Positions 46,470 through 56,606 of a stretch of 64,000 nt of DNA are shown here, piece by piece. Positions within the stretch are counted from its first letter, which is position 1. Every line of letters starts with the position of its first letter. The translations under genes were made by a program, and so were the position numbers. The notes under the pieces were generated by a model. That model had not been told where the DNA came from. It was given only the letters and a program-made list of their open reading frames with translations, and did not search any database. This DNA comes from Acutalibacteraceae bacterium (GTDB taxonomy: Bacteria > Bacillota > Clostridia > Oscillospirales > Acutalibacteraceae): positions 9,874 to 73,873 of the forward strand of contig JAZRKJ010000086.1 of NCBI GenBank assembly GCA_045646245.1. Direction: 5' to 3'.

Positions 46470-48341
46470 ATGAAAATGGGTATGCCCGCTATTCCTGTTT
46501 TAAACGTTGACCCTTATTTTTCTCTTTGGGCAAAAAAGGGTGACCTGAACGGCAAATCACAGCTTATGCATTGGACAGGCGCCGACAATACTTTAGTAGG
46601 CAAAGTATTTATAGACGGCAAAGAATTTTGCTTTATAGGCGCAGATTCTAAAAGACCTGTTAAACAAATAAAAATCGATATCGATGCACTTTCTACCTAC
46701 GTTACCTACGAAGGAGCCGGAATAAGACTTTTTGTCACCTTTACCTCTCCCCTTATGGCTGACAGCCTTTATTACTCTTCCCGCCCCGTCACCTTTATTA
46801 AATGCTCTTACGAAAGCATTGATGGTAATAACCATAACGTTAAAATTCACATTGCTTTTTCCGAAGAGTTTGTTTTAAACAAAGCGGGAGAAGGCAGAGC
46901 TTGGTCGGAAAAAGTTGCTATTAACGGCGCTACTTGTATTAAAATGGGTAACGGCACCTCGCAAAACGTTCTTGGAAAAAAGGGAGATAACATCCGCATA
47001 GATTGGGGATATTTATATTTCGCCGCCAAAGGAAACGCTAAAGCGGGCAACACCGTTCACTACGACCGTTACTGCATTTATCTTGAAAAGGAGCTTAATA
47101 ACGATGCCCTCTTCGCCGTTGCTTACGACGATATTGAAAGTATAAAATATTTTGGTGATAATCTTAAGGCTTATTGGAAAAACGACGGAAAAACTATTGA
47201 AGAAGCAATTGACGAAGCGCTTTTTGAATACGACGCTTTAATAATCAAATGCAGGGATTTTTCGAACCGACTGATAAAAGAGGCAACCGAAAAAGGCGGC
47301 GAAAAATACGCCGACCTGCTTTGTCTTGCTTACCGTCAGGTTATGGCGGCGCACAAGCTTGTTGTAGATAAGGAAGGAAATAACCTATACATTTCGAAAG
47401 AATGTCTTTCCAACGGTTGCGCCGCAACGGTAGACGTTACCTACCCCAGCGCACCTATGTACCTGTACTACAATACCGAGCTTTTAAAAGGTATGCTTCG
47501 TCCTATTTTCAAATATGCAAATAGCGAAAAATGGCCATACGATTTTGCGCCCCACGACGTGGGACAGTACCCTATTTTAGAAGGACAGTATTACGGCGGC
47601 ACAAGACCGGAAATGCAAATGCCGGTTGAAGAGTGCGGTAATATGCTGACTTTGGTTGCCGCAATTTGCCAAAGAGATAATGATTATTCCTTTGCAAAAG
47701 AACATTTAACCCTTTTGGAGCAATGGAGTAAATACCTTGTTAAGTACGGTCTTGACCCCGAATATCAGCTTTGCACCGACGACTTTGCAGGTCATCTTGC
47801 TCACAACTGCAACCTTACTGTTAAAGCTATTATGGGTATGGCAGGACTTGCAAGAATATATAACGGTATCGGCAAAACAACCGAAAGCGAAAAGCTTTTA
47901 AAAAAGGCAAAGGAATATGCCGATTCCTTTATTGAGCGCGCCGCTAATAAAGACGGAAGCTTCAGACTTGCCTTTGATAAAGAAGGCACCTTCTCCCTTA
48001 AATATAACGCTGTTTGGGACAAGCTTTGGAATACCGAACTCTTTCCGCAAAAATTCTACGACGGTGAAATTACCAGATACAAAAAAGAAGCCCTACCCTA
48101 CGGTATTCCTCTTGATTCCAGAGAAACTTATACCAAATCGGACTGGATGTTATGGGTTGCTTGTTTAGCCGATAAAAAGCAAGATTTTGAGTATATAGTA
48201 AGCCTCCTTTGGAACGCGTATAACGTTTCCCGCAGTAACGCGCCAATGACCGACTGGTATTACGCCGACACTTCGGAAATGCGCGGCTTCCGCCACAGAA
48301 CCGTTCAAGGCGGTCTGTTCTTAAAATTATTGTTTGATTAA
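46470..48341 (+). CDS. Glutaminase-A-like protein (DUF4965/DUF1793 architecture), a putative glycoside hydrolase
   Basis: The N-terminus reads MPAIPVLNVDPYFSLWAKKGDLNGKSQLMHWTG...FIDGKEFCFIG. The C-terminal block reads LKYNAVWDKLWNTELFP...YGIPLDSRETYTKSDWMLWVA. The start is ATG 46470 after a GGAGGA RBS. Confidence 0.7.
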   Translation: MKMGMPAIPVLNVDPYFSLWAKKGDLNGKSQLMHWTGADNTLVGKVFIDGKEFCFIGADSKRPVKQIKIDIDALSTYVTYEGAGIRLFVTFTSPLMADSLYYSSRPVTFIKCSYESIDGNNHNVKIHIAFSEEFVLNKAGEGRAWSEKVAINGATCIKMGNGTSQNVLGKKGDNIRIDWGYLYFAAKGNAKAGNTVHYDRYCIYLEKELNNDALFAVAYDDIESIKYFGDNLKAYWKNDGKTIEEAIDEALFEYDALIIKCRDFSNRLIKEATEKGGEKYADLLCLAYRQVMAAHKLVVDKEGNNLYISKECLSNGCAATVDVTYPSAPMYLYYNTELLKGMLRPIFKYANSEKWPYDFAPHDVGQYPILEGQYYGGTRPEMQMPVEECGNMLTLVAAICQRDNDYSFAKEHLTLLEQWSKYLVKYGLDPEYQLCTDDFAGHLAHNCNLTVKAIMGMAGLARIYNGIGKTTESEKLLKKAKEYADSFIERAANKDGSFRLAFDKEGTFSLKYNAVWDKLWNTELFPQKFYDGEITRYKKEALPYGIPLDSRETYTKSDWMLWVACLADKKQDFEYIVSLLWNAYNVSRSNAPMTDWYYADTSEMRGFRHRTVQGGLFLKLLFD

Positions 48342-48343
48342 AG

Positions 48344-48379
48344 AAAAAGTGAACGTTTCAAAAAACGTTCACTTTTTTA
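48344..48379. terminator. Bidirectional terminator between the DUF4965 gene and rhaB
   Basis: AGTGAACGTT-tcaaaa-AACGTTCACT is flanked by A and T runs. Confidence 0.8.
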
Positions 48380-48381
48380 TC

Positions 48382-49776
48382 TTATCCGAAATATTTAATA
48401 TCAAAGGAATCGGCAACAATTTTTCTTGCGTTTTTAAGGTCGCTTATTTCCCCTAAAGCCATCATCTGAATAATAAGATTACCCATAGCGGTTGCTTCGG
48501 TAGGACCTGCGCTAACCTTTTTGCCTGAGGCTAAAGCGGTTAGTTCGTTAAGGTAAGCGTCTTGACTTCCGCCGCCGACAATTGCAATTGAAGTGTACGA
48601 AATACCCGTTATGCCTTCAATTTGCTTAATGGCGGTTGCATAACAGTTAGACAAACTGTTATAAATAACCTTTGCAATTTCGCCCAAGCTTTCGGGAACG
48701 GCTTGACCGGTTCTTGCACATTCGCTCTTAACCGCCTCAATCATAGAATCAGGAGCAAAGAAAATATCGTTTTGAGGGTCAACCACCGACTTAATATCGC
48801 ATTCTCTTGCCATAGAGGAAATTTCGCCGAAGCCTACCTTTTCTTTCCATTCTCTGCGAACCGACTGCATCATCCAAAGACCCATTATATTTTTAAGGAA
48901 ACGGAAACGGTAATCATAACCGCCTTCGTTGGTAAGGTTTGCTTCCATACTTTCCTTAGTGCAAATAGGTTTAAGGGTTTCGGTACCAAGCAAGGACCAA
49001 GTGCCCGAACTGATGTAAAGGGTATTATCCTCCACTGTGGGAAGAGCGGCAATAGCAGAAGCGGTATCGTGAGCAGCGGTTAAAATAACCTTTGTGTCAA
49101 AGCCGACTTCTTCTTTTATTTCTTTTCTCAAGCCGCCGACAACGGTACCCGGACGGTGAATGGGACAGAAAATTTCCTTCTTAATGCCCATCATATCAAG
49201 TAATTCAAAATCCCAATCCTTCTTTTCGGCATTAAGCAGCTGGCTTGTTGAAGCAATGGTATATTCACTTGCCTTTTTACCCGAAAGTAAAAAGGTTAAA
49301 TATTCGGGTATAAAAAGGAAGGTTTCAGCCTTTTCAAGCCACTGGGGATTTTTAAGTTTTATACTTAAAAGTTGGTAAGAGGTGTTGAAAAGCTGCTTTT
49401 GAATACCTGTTCTGTTATAAAGAGCTTCCTCACTTATAATTTTGCTAAGCTCAACGTCCATTCCGTTGGTACGCGAATCTCTGTAGCAAACCGAATCGCC
49501 AACAATTTTATCCTCCTTATCAAGAAGAACAAAGTCAACTCCCCACGTATCAATAGCAACAGAGGACGGTATTTTGCCCATTTCTTTACACTTTTTCATA
49601 CCAATAAGAATTTCACCGAAAAGTCTTTCGGTATCCCAACAAAGGGTACCGTTTTTGTTTTGAAATCCGTTTTCAAAACGGTGAACTTCTTCAAGGATAA
49701 TTTTACCCTGTTCGGTATGTGCAAGTATATGTCTGCCGCTGGAAGCGCCAAGGTCTATAGCAAGATAGTAGTTCAT
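48382..49776 (-). CDS. rhaB: Rhamnulokinase
   Basis: This is an FGGY-family kinase. The N-terminus MNYYLAIDLGASSGRHIL...GTLCWD is typical of RhaB, and the rhaA-rhaD context supports the call. Confidence 0.85.
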   Translation of the reverse strand: MNYYLAIDLGASSGRHILAHTEQGKIILEEVHRFENGFQNKNGTLCWDTERLFGEILIGMKKCKEMGKIPSSVAIDTWGVDFVLLDKEDKIVGDSVCYRDSRTNGMDVELSKIISEEALYNRTGIQKQLFNTSYQLLSIKLKNPQWLEKAETFLFIPEYLTFLLSGKKASEYTIASTSQLLNAEKKDWDFELLDMMGIKKEIFCPIHRPGTVVGGLRKEIKEEVGFDTKVILTAAHDTASAIAALPTVEDNTLYISSGTWSLLGTETLKPICTKESMEANLTNEGGYDYRFRFLKNIMGLWMMQSVRREWKEKVGFGEISSMARECDIKSVVDPQNDIFFAPDSMIEAVKSECARTGQAVPESLGEIAKVIYNSLSNCYATAIKQIEGITGISYTSIAIVGGGSQDAYLNELTALASGKKVSAGPTEATAMGNLIIQMMALGEISDLKNARKIVADSFDIKYFG

Positions 49777-49794
49777 AGTATTACCCCTATTTAT

Positions 49795-50616
49795 TTACTG
49801 TAAAAATTTTTCAGGAAGAACGAGGCCGAAATCTTTAGCCAAAGCACGGAATTCATCGGGCTGAATTGTCTGACGTTTTGCGTTTGTCATACTTCTAACC
49901 TTTACAAGAATTTCCGCAGCCTTTTCAACGGTGTGCATAAGACCGAAGGTTAAATCAAAATCTTCACCGGAACAGAACATACCGTGGTGCGCCCAAATAG
50001 CAACATCATACTGTTTCATAAGCTCACTGGTTGCAACGGCAATGTCTCTTCCGCCGGGAACCATCCAGGGAACAACACCGATACCGTCAGGGAAAACAAC
50101 GGGACATTCGGTTGCCATTTCCCAAATTTCTCTTGTAAAAGTAACGTCGTCAAGAGGAAGAACGAAGGTAAGCGCAATGGTATTTGCGGGATGAGCGTGA
50201 TAAATAACTCTGTGCTTTCCGCCGCTTGCCTGCTTTTTAACTTCGTGGTTCATTAAATGGCTGGGCAATTCGCTTGTAGGTCTTGCGCCGTTTAAAAGGC
50301 CCCATACAATACGGAAGTTTTCACCCTTTTCATCTATTTCTACAATACCTGTGTTAGCTTCAGCATCAAGTATAATATTGCGGAAATACTTACCGCTTCC
50401 CGTAGTCATAAAGAACTCACCCGCAAGGTCGGGAACGCTTGTGACAATAGGAGTCCAGTCACGGTCGTAAGTAAAGTTTTCCTTTACCGATTCAACCTCT
50501 TCGGGTTTAATACGGTAGGTCAGGTTGCCGCCGTTTCTTTCGTGCCAGCCCTGTTCCCAACCGTCGTTAGCCATTCTGATAAAACCTTTAACAAATTCAG
50601 CATCTAAAATTTTCAT
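49795..50616 (-). CDS. rhaD: Rhamnulose-1-phosphate aldolase
   Basis: This is a class-II aldolase. It shows GWHERNGGNLTYRI, and the zinc-binding histidines are in YHAHPANTIAL and WAHHGMF. Confidence 0.85.
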   Translation of the reverse strand: MKILDAEFVKGFIRMANDGWEQGWHERNGGNLTYRIKPEEVESVKENFTYDRDWTPIVTSVPDLAGEFFMTTGSGKYFRNIILDAEANTGIVEIDEKGENFRIVWGLLNGARPTSELPSHLMNHEVKKQASGGKHRVIYHAHPANTIALTFVLPLDDVTFTREIWEMATECPVVFPDGIGVVPWMVPGGRDIAVATSELMKQYDVAIWAHHGMFCSGEDFDLTFGLMHTVEKAAEILVKVRSMTNAKRQTIQPDEFRALAKDFGLVLPEKFLQ

Positions 50617-50620
50617 ATCA

Positions 50621-51862
50621 TTAACCTCTTTTTAAAAGAACTTCTTTTTCGTATTTTTCAATTTCGCAAAGCCATTCCATGCCGTTTGACTGACCCATCT
50701 GCTTACAGAATTCAGCCCAAACCTCACCTAAAGGATAGGTTTTAATTTCTTCACCCAATACCATAAGACGGGTGAAATTACCTTCATCCTGAAGCTTCTT
50801 CATTTCTGCCCATGGGGTAAGAAGCGCAGAAAGAAGAGCTTTTTGCCAGTTACGCATACCTGTAACCCAAGCGGATACACGGTTTATGGAAGCGTCGAAG
50901 TAGTCAAGCGCCATAACTACTCTGTCAAGAGCGTTATTCTTAACAATTTCTTTAGCCATTTCTTTGGTTTCGTCGTCAAGGAGAACTACGTGGTCGGAAT
51001 CCCAACGAACAGGGCGTGTAATATGTAAAGCAATTTTATCGTTGAACAAAAGCATAGTGGGGATTTTGTCCGAAACGTATTCGGTGGGGTGATAGTGACC
51101 GTTGTCCATAAGGGGCATAATACCGTTTTTGGCGGCATAGCTTAAATAGAATTCAGCCGAACCAACGGTGTAGGATTCAAGACCGATACCGAAAACCTTT
51201 GATTCAAGAGTAATAAGAACCTTGGATTTATCAAAATCGGTGGCAAAAATTTCATCAAGAGACTTTTTAAGCCTTGCTCTGGGGCCAAAACGGTCTGCGG
51301 GAACATCCTTCATACCATCGGGAATCCAGATATTAAGAGTACAGAAGGTATTAAGCTCGTTTGCAAAGTATTCAGCAATTTTAATACAGCAAACAGCGTG
51401 GTCAACCCAGAATTTTCTTACTTCTTCATCAGCAGAAGCAAGGGTCATACCTTCTGCTTTGGGGTGAGAAAAGAAAGTGGGGTTAAAGTCAATACCAAGT
51501 CCTCTTTCTTTAGCAAATTCAACCCATTTGGCAAAGTGCTTGGGTTCTAAAGCGTTTCTGTCAGCCCATTCGCCCTTTTCAAATATTGCGTATGACGCGT
51601 GAAGGTTTATACGGTGTTTGCCGGGGATGAGAGAAAGCGCCTTATCCATATCAGCCATAAGTTCTTCGGGAGTGGTAGCCTTACCCGGATAATTACCCGT
51701 AGTCTGAATACCGCCGGAAAGAGCCTCCTTACTGTCGAAGCCGTTAACGTCATCACCCTGCCAACAATGCATTGAAATAGCAACGTTTTTAAGTTTTTCA
51801 ATAGCGGCGTCGGTATCAACGCCAAGCTCTGCGTAAAGTTTTTTTGCGTCTGAATAGTTCAT
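50621..51862 (-). CDS. rhaA: L-rhamnose isomerase
   Basis: The protein is 413 aa, with [19 protein letters not shown] and DNGHYHPTE blocks. Confidence 0.88.
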   Translation of the reverse strand: MNYSDAKKLYAELGVDTDAAIEKLKNVAISMHCWQGDDVNGFDSKEALSGGIQTTGNYPGKATTPEELMADMDKALSLIPGKHRINLHASYAIFEKGEWADRNALEPKHFAKWVEFAKERGLGIDFNPTFFSHPKAEGMTLASADEEVRKFWVDHAVCCIKIAEYFANELNTFCTLNIWIPDGMKDVPADRFGPRARLKKSLDEIFATDFDKSKVLITLESKVFGIGLESYTVGSAEFYLSYAAKNGIMPLMDNGHYHPTEYVSDKIPTMLLFNDKIALHITRPVRWDSDHVVLLDDETKEMAKEIVKNNALDRVVMALDYFDASINRVSAWVTGMRNWQKALLSALLTPWAEMKKLQDEGNFTRLMVLGEEIKTYPLGEVWAEFCKQMGQSNGMEWLCEIEKYEKEVLLKRG

Positions 51863-51962
51863 AAATTTACCTCCGTTTGAAATATTACATTATAATAATA
51901 CTACAAAACACAGTACAAGTAAATGACGAATTTAGAAAACCGCACCGTCCTTATTCGACATT

Positions 51963-52928
51963 TTACTTTATTCTGTTAATACTTCGGAATTCGGCGGGAG
52001 AAAGATTATTTTTTTCTTTAAAGCACCTGAAGAAATAACTTGCGTTTTCGTACCCTACCGACAGTATAATTTCGTTTACCGAAAGGTCGGTATTTTTAAG
52101 AAGATATTCGGCGCGGCTTAGTCGTTTGGTTTTTAAAAAGTCCTTAAAGGTACATCCAAACTGCCTTGTAATTCTTTTACTTACCGCGCTGAAGTTCATA
52201 CCTATAACGGAAGAAAATTCGGTCAACGTTGCGGTTTTATAGTTTTCTTCTATATATCGCAGCAGTTCGGCAGAAAAGCCGTTTGCATCGTTACGGGGAA
52301 CCTTTAGTCTGTCGGTGTGATTAGCAAGCTCCAGCATAAGAAGTCCTAAAGTTGTTTGCCTTATTCGGCGCTTATTAGGTTCGTTTTTGACAATGGTCCA
52401 TATAAGGTTTTCCAGCAAATTTTGAATGGGTAAGATTTGCGATACTTCAAAATGCAAATAGCTTTGGCTTTTGCTTTTGGGGAATAAGCAGGAAAGCAAA
52501 AATTCAACCACCAGATTATCCTCTTTACCCAGCATTTCCGCCGCGCTGTCGAAGAATTCCGGTAAAATAATAAAATTTACTGCAATATCCCCTTCTTCTG
52601 CGCGTTCCACTTCGTGAAGAGCATCTCTGTTAAGTATTAAGAGTTCTCCTGTTTTAAGGGTGATTCGGTTGCCGTTTATTATATGATTTGTACTGCCGGA
52701 ACACATATAAACCATTTCGATATAGTTGTGTTTATGGGGCGGAAAATGAACAAAGCGTGTGTTGGGACGAATTTGCAAAGTCTTGCCGCTTTGAAGAAGC
52801 CTTCCGCTGTCAACACGGTTGGTTTTACCGAGTCCGTAAGACGCCAAATTAAGCTTTGAAGGGTCTTTTAATATTCTTTTTTCCTCTTCGGTAATTACCG
52901 AAAGCACACCTAAAAGTTCACTGTTCAT
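51963..52928 (-). CDS. AraC-family regulator, likely the rhamnose regulator
   Basis: A cupin N-domain is followed by the HTH blocks LTEFSSVIGMNFSAVSKRITRQFGCTFKDF and VNEIILSVGYENASYFFRCFKEKNNLSPAEFR. It lies immediately upstream of rhaADB. Confidence 0.8.
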   Translation of the reverse strand: MNSELLGVLSVITEEEKRILKDPSKLNLASYGLGKTNRVDSGRLLQSGKTLQIRPNTRFVHFPPHKHNYIEMVYMCSGSTNHIINGNRITLKTGELLILNRDALHEVERAEEGDIAVNFIILPEFFDSAAEMLGKEDNLVVEFLLSCLFPKSKSQSYLHFEVSQILPIQNLLENLIWTIVKNEPNKRRIRQTTLGLLMLELANHTDRLKVPRNDANGFSAELLRYIEENYKTATLTEFSSVIGMNFSAVSKRITRQFGCTFKDFLKTKRLSRAEYLLKNTDLSVNEIILSVGYENASYFFRCFKEKNNLSPAEFRSINRIK

Positions 52929-52930
52929 AG

Positions 52931-53572
52931 TTAAACCCCTTTAGGAAAGCCTGTTGCAATATCCGAAAGAAAACCGTCGTTCGAGTAAGAAACCTCGGTA
53001 AATTTTCCCTCTTCATAAACAACCTCGCTTACCGAAGCGTTATTAGCCCAAGGAAGATTTTTGATTTTCTCTAACTCCATACCTTTTACGAAAGCAAAGA
53101 AGGTTCTTATTGGTGTTGCGTGGGTAAAAACCGCCACCGTTTTGCCGTCGTTATTTTCCGCAATTTCGGTTACGGCTTTAACAATTCTTTTTTGCAAATC
53201 GGCAACGCTTTCTCCCCCGTCGGGGTGAGCCATACCAATATTTGATTGCCATATTCCGTAAGATACGGGATATGCTTCGTTTAAATAAGAGTAATTTTTA
53301 TTTTCCCATTCACCCGCAAAAATCTCTCTTAAATTTTCCTTTATTATAGGCTGGATTTTCAAAAAATCAGATAACGGTAAGGAAGTATTATAAGCGCGCA
53401 GTAAATCGCTGGAATAAATTTTGTCAATTTTCACGTCCTTAAGGAATTCACCCACACGCTGCGCTTGTTTATATCCCAAATCGGACAAATCAAGGTCGGT
53501 ATGACCGAGATAAATATGTTCTTTATTTCCGAGACTTTGTCCGTGACGGACAAAAATAATTCTGCACGACAT
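52931..53572 (-). CDS. Histidine phosphatase family protein (phosphoglycerate mutase-like)
   Basis: It has the RHG motif (IIFVRHGQSLGN) and a later FTHATPIR histidine block. The protein is 213 aa. Confidence 0.8.
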   Translation of the reverse strand: MSCRIIFVRHGQSLGNKEHIYLGHTDLDLSDLGYKQAQRVGEFLKDVKIDKIYSSDLLRAYNTSLPLSDFLKIQPIIKENLREIFAGEWENKNYSYLNEAYPVSYGIWQSNIGMAHPDGGESVADLQKRIVKAVTEIAENNDGKTVAVFTHATPIRTFFAFVKGMELEKIKNLPWANNASVSEVVYEEGKFTEVSYSNDGFLSDIATGFPKGV

Positions 53573-53632
53573 AAACCTTCCCCCTTCTTGAAAACTAAAA
53601 TAATTATACCGCCTGTATAAAGCAATGTCAAA

Positions 53633-53660
53633 TGAAAAAAGCAGACGGAACCCCGCCTGC
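53633..53660 (-). terminator. Rho-independent terminator after the YtrA-type operon
   Basis: The minus strand reads GCAGGCGG-ggtt-CCGTCTGC (one G-U pair) followed by TTTTTTC. Confidence 0.65.
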
Positions 53661-53667
53661 TTTCAAG

Positions 53668-54612
53668 TTACAGTACAATATTTATTATAATTCCAACGCT
53701 TGTCAATATCCACAAAACACTTGTAAGAGTAAGGAGATACCAACGTTTTGGTTTCCCTGCCTTTGTGGAATTTGCGTAAACAACACTTAATACAAGAGGA
53801 ACCATCGGAATAATAAAACCAACGATTATTGATATTGTCCAAAAAGTTAATGACGCAGAAAACTTGTCATCTTCCTCTATAAACGGGTTTTCGTCGGTAT
53901 AAATATATTCCACCGTTCTGTATTTATCGGAAGCCTGTGCATTTATCACCATATCAACGCCTGTTTTATCCAATTTATAAGCAGGCACGACACCTTTTCT
54001 GAAAGAAAAATTACCGTAAGCGTCAAAATAAGAATTATCAAGCGCGTCGTAGTGAATATAGTAATAATCGTTTTCAAAAAAATAAACTTCGCCAATTGTG
54101 TGGGCAACCGTCTCCGTTTGGTCAAAGCCGTATACCGCAAGAAGGTTATCATCGGCTAATTTTGTAACGTCAAGCTGAGTAAGCATTTCATCCTTCATAA
54201 ACAAATCAAAATCTGTTTCTATAATATCAATGGCTACTTCACCAAACATCAGATAATAGGACGAAAAATTATACGATTCAAAGTTTTTAAGAATTTCTCT
54301 ACCCTTTTCGGTAACGTATATTTCTCCCGTATAATGACGGCAAACGATATCGGTAGTATTATCAGGAACGGCAATATAATCATAGGTATAATCGCTATCC
54401 TCATGTTCCAAAGGATAAAGTAAAATTTTACCTGACGGCAGATAATCCACATCCCGTGACAGTTCGTATTTGGTATATACCGTATTACCGTTTTTAACGG
54501 TCAAATTATCTTCGGAAATCCACCAGTCGTTTTCCTCCGCAATAGCCGTAACGGGAAGAACGCAAAGAGACAAAATTACAAAAACGAAAATTAAGGATAA
54601 TATTTTTCTCAT
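53668..54612 (-). CDS. Hypothetical secreted/membrane-anchored protein (signal peptide, ~230-aa extracytoplasmic domain, two C-terminal TM helices)
   Basis: The N-terminus reads MRKILSLIFVFVILSLCVLPVTAIAEEN. The C-terminal hydrophobic segments are LTFWTISIIVGFIIPMVPLVLSVVY and WYLLTLTSVLWILTSVGIIINIVL. I do not recognise the family. Confidence 0.6.
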   Translation of the reverse strand: MRKILSLIFVFVILSLCVLPVTAIAEENDWWISEDNLTVKNGNTVYTKYELSRDVDYLPSGKILLYPLEHEDSDYTYDYIAVPDNTTDIVCRHYTGEIYVTEKGREILKNFESYNFSSYYLMFGEVAIDIIETDFDLFMKDEMLTQLDVTKLADDNLLAVYGFDQTETVAHTIGEVYFFENDYYYIHYDALDNSYFDAYGNFSFRKGVVPAYKLDKTGVDMVINAQASDKYRTVEYIYTDENPFIEEDDKFSASLTFWTISIIVGFIIPMVPLVLSVVYANSTKAGKPKRWYLLTLTSVLWILTSVGIIINIVL

Positions 54613-54626
54613 AATTTCTTCCTCCT

Positions 54627-55466
54627 TTACGACAGGTTAAGCTTGCGGTCAATACAGCCTTGGGTCACGTTTGCAAATAACGCCGAAGCCGTACCAAGCG
54701 CCGTACATATAAGGAGCAGAATAAGTGAAACGTGAGTTTCGTTGAAAAAATCATTATACAGATAATTTGCCGCTTCACACCACAAAGCAAAGGCTAAAAT
54801 TGCGGGGATAAGTAACGCCGATAAAACGTATCCTGCGCCCACAATAAACCCAACCGTTGCAACGGCTTTAAGCTTCTTAACCGCAACAGAGCCTAAAGTA
54901 ATAAGCATATAAAGAAGAAGTATAGACGATAATTCGACAAGCGCCATAATAATTACCGCTTCAATAATATAAACTATTACCCAAATTATGTCAGTAAGGG
55001 AAAGAGAGGTAAAAAATTCAATAAAATCCTCTATAATTTCACCTAAAATATTAACGTGTTCATCGCTCATAGACGGAACTATGGTTGCTATTACTAAAAG
55101 AGAAGCAATAACCGTTGCCGCCGACAAAGCAGCAAATACAAATCCGTTAAGCACCTTTGAAGCAAAAAGAGTTCTGCGTTTTACAGGCAAAGTAAAGGTA
55201 AGGTACCCTTCGTCGCTGTAAAAATTACTGTAAAAACGAATGCATAAAAGCACGCTTGTAAGTATACCTAATGCAAATATAGAAAAATAATAGACAACCA
55301 AAACCGTTGTTTCCAAAATAAAATGTTTGCCCGGCGCTTCGCCAAAAATAGCGATGTTTCTGGCGCAAAAGCCCGCCGCTACCGAAACAGCAAGAAGCGT
55401 AACTGCGGCTATCCACCAGATTTTAAAGATACTTTTAAAGTCGTATTTAAAACACTTCTTTAACAT
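54627..55466 (-). CDS. ABC-2 type transporter permease
   Basis: This is a 279-aa polytopic membrane protein with about 6 TM segments. It overlaps the upstream ABC ATPase gene by 7 nt. Confidence 0.65.
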   Translation of the reverse strand: MLKKCFKYDFKSIFKIWWIAAVTLLAVSVAAGFCARNIAIFGEAPGKHFILETTVLVVYYFSIFALGILTSVLLCIRFYSNFYSDEGYLTFTLPVKRRTLFASKVLNGFVFAALSAATVIASLLVIATIVPSMSDEHVNILGEIIEDFIEFFTSLSLTDIIWVIVYIIEAVIIMALVELSSILLLYMLITLGSVAVKKLKAVATVGFIVGAGYVLSALLIPAILAFALWCEAANYLYNDFFNETHVSLILLLICTALGTASALFANVTQGCIDRKLNLS

Positions 55467-56164
55467 CTGAACACCTCCCTGAATAATTGGTCAAGGCTCT
55501 TGCCGTACTGCGCTCTCGTTTCATCAGCATTACCCGCAAGGTGAATTTTTCCCTGACTCATAAAAGCAAAATCGTCAAGCACGGGTTCAATATCGGTAAT
55601 AAGATGGGTGGTAATAATCACCGACGCTTCTTCGTTATAATTTCCGATAATGGTACTGAGTATATAATCTCTTGCCGCAGGGTCAACACCGCCGATAGGT
55701 TCGTCTAACATATAAAGCTTTGCCCTTCTTGACATAACAAGAATAAGCTGAACCTTTTCTTTAGTTCCTTTGGACAAAGTTTTTACCTGAGCTTTAGGAT
55801 CTATGTTTAAATCCTTAAGCATTTTACGGGCGACTTCTTCGTCAAAATCGTCATAAAAAGTCTTAAAGAAGCCTATCATTTCTTCAACACTCATTCGGGT
55901 GCTGAAATACGGACGTTCCGGAAGGTAAGAAATAAATTTGTTAGTTTCTTCACTTCTCTCAATTCCGCAAACGGTAATTCTTCCGCTGTCAGGAACAAGA
56001 AGCCCTGCTATGAGCTTTAATAAAGTAGATTTACCGCAACCGTTAGGTCCCAAAAGTCCCATAATTTTACCCGAAACCAAGGTCAATCCCAAATTATCAA
56101 GTACAGGAACACCTTTTTTATAGCTTTTGCAAAGTTCTTCGCAAATTAAAATGGGTTTGCTCAT
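55460..56164 (-). CDS. ABC transporter ATP-binding protein
   Basis: It has Walker A GPNGCGKST, the signature LSKGTKEKV and Walker B LYMLDEP. Confidence 0.88.
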   Translation of the reverse strand: MSKPILICEELCKSYKKGVPVLDNLGLTLVSGKIMGLLGPNGCGKSTLLKLIAGLLVPDSGRITVCGIERSEETNKFISYLPERPYFSTRMSVEEMIGFFKTFYDDFDEEVARKMLKDLNIDPKAQVKTLSKGTKEKVQLILVMSRRAKLYMLDEPIGGVDPAARDYILSTIIGNYNEEASVIITTHLITDIEPVLDDFAFMSQGKIHLAGNADETRAQYGKSLDQLFREVFRC

Positions 56165-56526
56165 TGCATTCCCTCTCTTTCTTTAATAAAATCGGAAAAT
56201 TCAGCATAAGTTACGCCAAGCTCGTTCGCTTTATTTAAAGCGCTTTCCATAAAGGAAATTTTAAAAGCTTTTAACGCCTGTTCAATAACCGTTTCATCTT
56301 CCGTTACAAACCTGCCCACCGTGGTACGGCTGACAAGCAAGCCCTCCGTTTCAAGTACGGTAAGCGCTTTCTGAACGGTATTGGGATTAACCCCCAATTC
56401 CATAGCAAGGCTGCGAACCGTAGGAAACTGACTTCCCGCATTATACTCCCCCGTTAAAATCTTAATCCGCAAGGAGGATGCAATCTGTCCCGAAACACTA
56501 CTGCCGGGGTCAAACCTCCACGACAT
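56161..56526 (-). CDS. GntR-family transcriptional regulator, YtrA subfamily
   Basis: This 121-aa winged-HTH protein reads FPTVRSLAMELGVNPNTVQKALTVLETEGLL and has a short C-terminal extension. It overlaps the ABC ATPase gene by 4 nt. Confidence 0.85.
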   Translation of the reverse strand: MSWRFDPGSSVSGQIASSLRIKILTGEYNAGSQFPTVRSLAMELGVNPNTVQKALTVLETEGLLVSRTTVGRFVTEDETVIEQALKAFKISFMESALNKANELGVTYAEFSDFIKEREGMQ

Positions 56527-56606
56527 TATATCACCTCTTTCCTTGTACTATCCAAATAATACAATATTTTCTTTTTATTGTCAATATATGTGACACAACT
56601 GTAATA

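Noticed and set aside
53431-53631. Small ORFs listed in the track within or beside annotated genes (for example 53431-53631, 55225-55416, 58686-58907)
   Set aside because: All are 60-110 codons, overlap stronger genes in another frame or strand, and lack RBSs and motifs.
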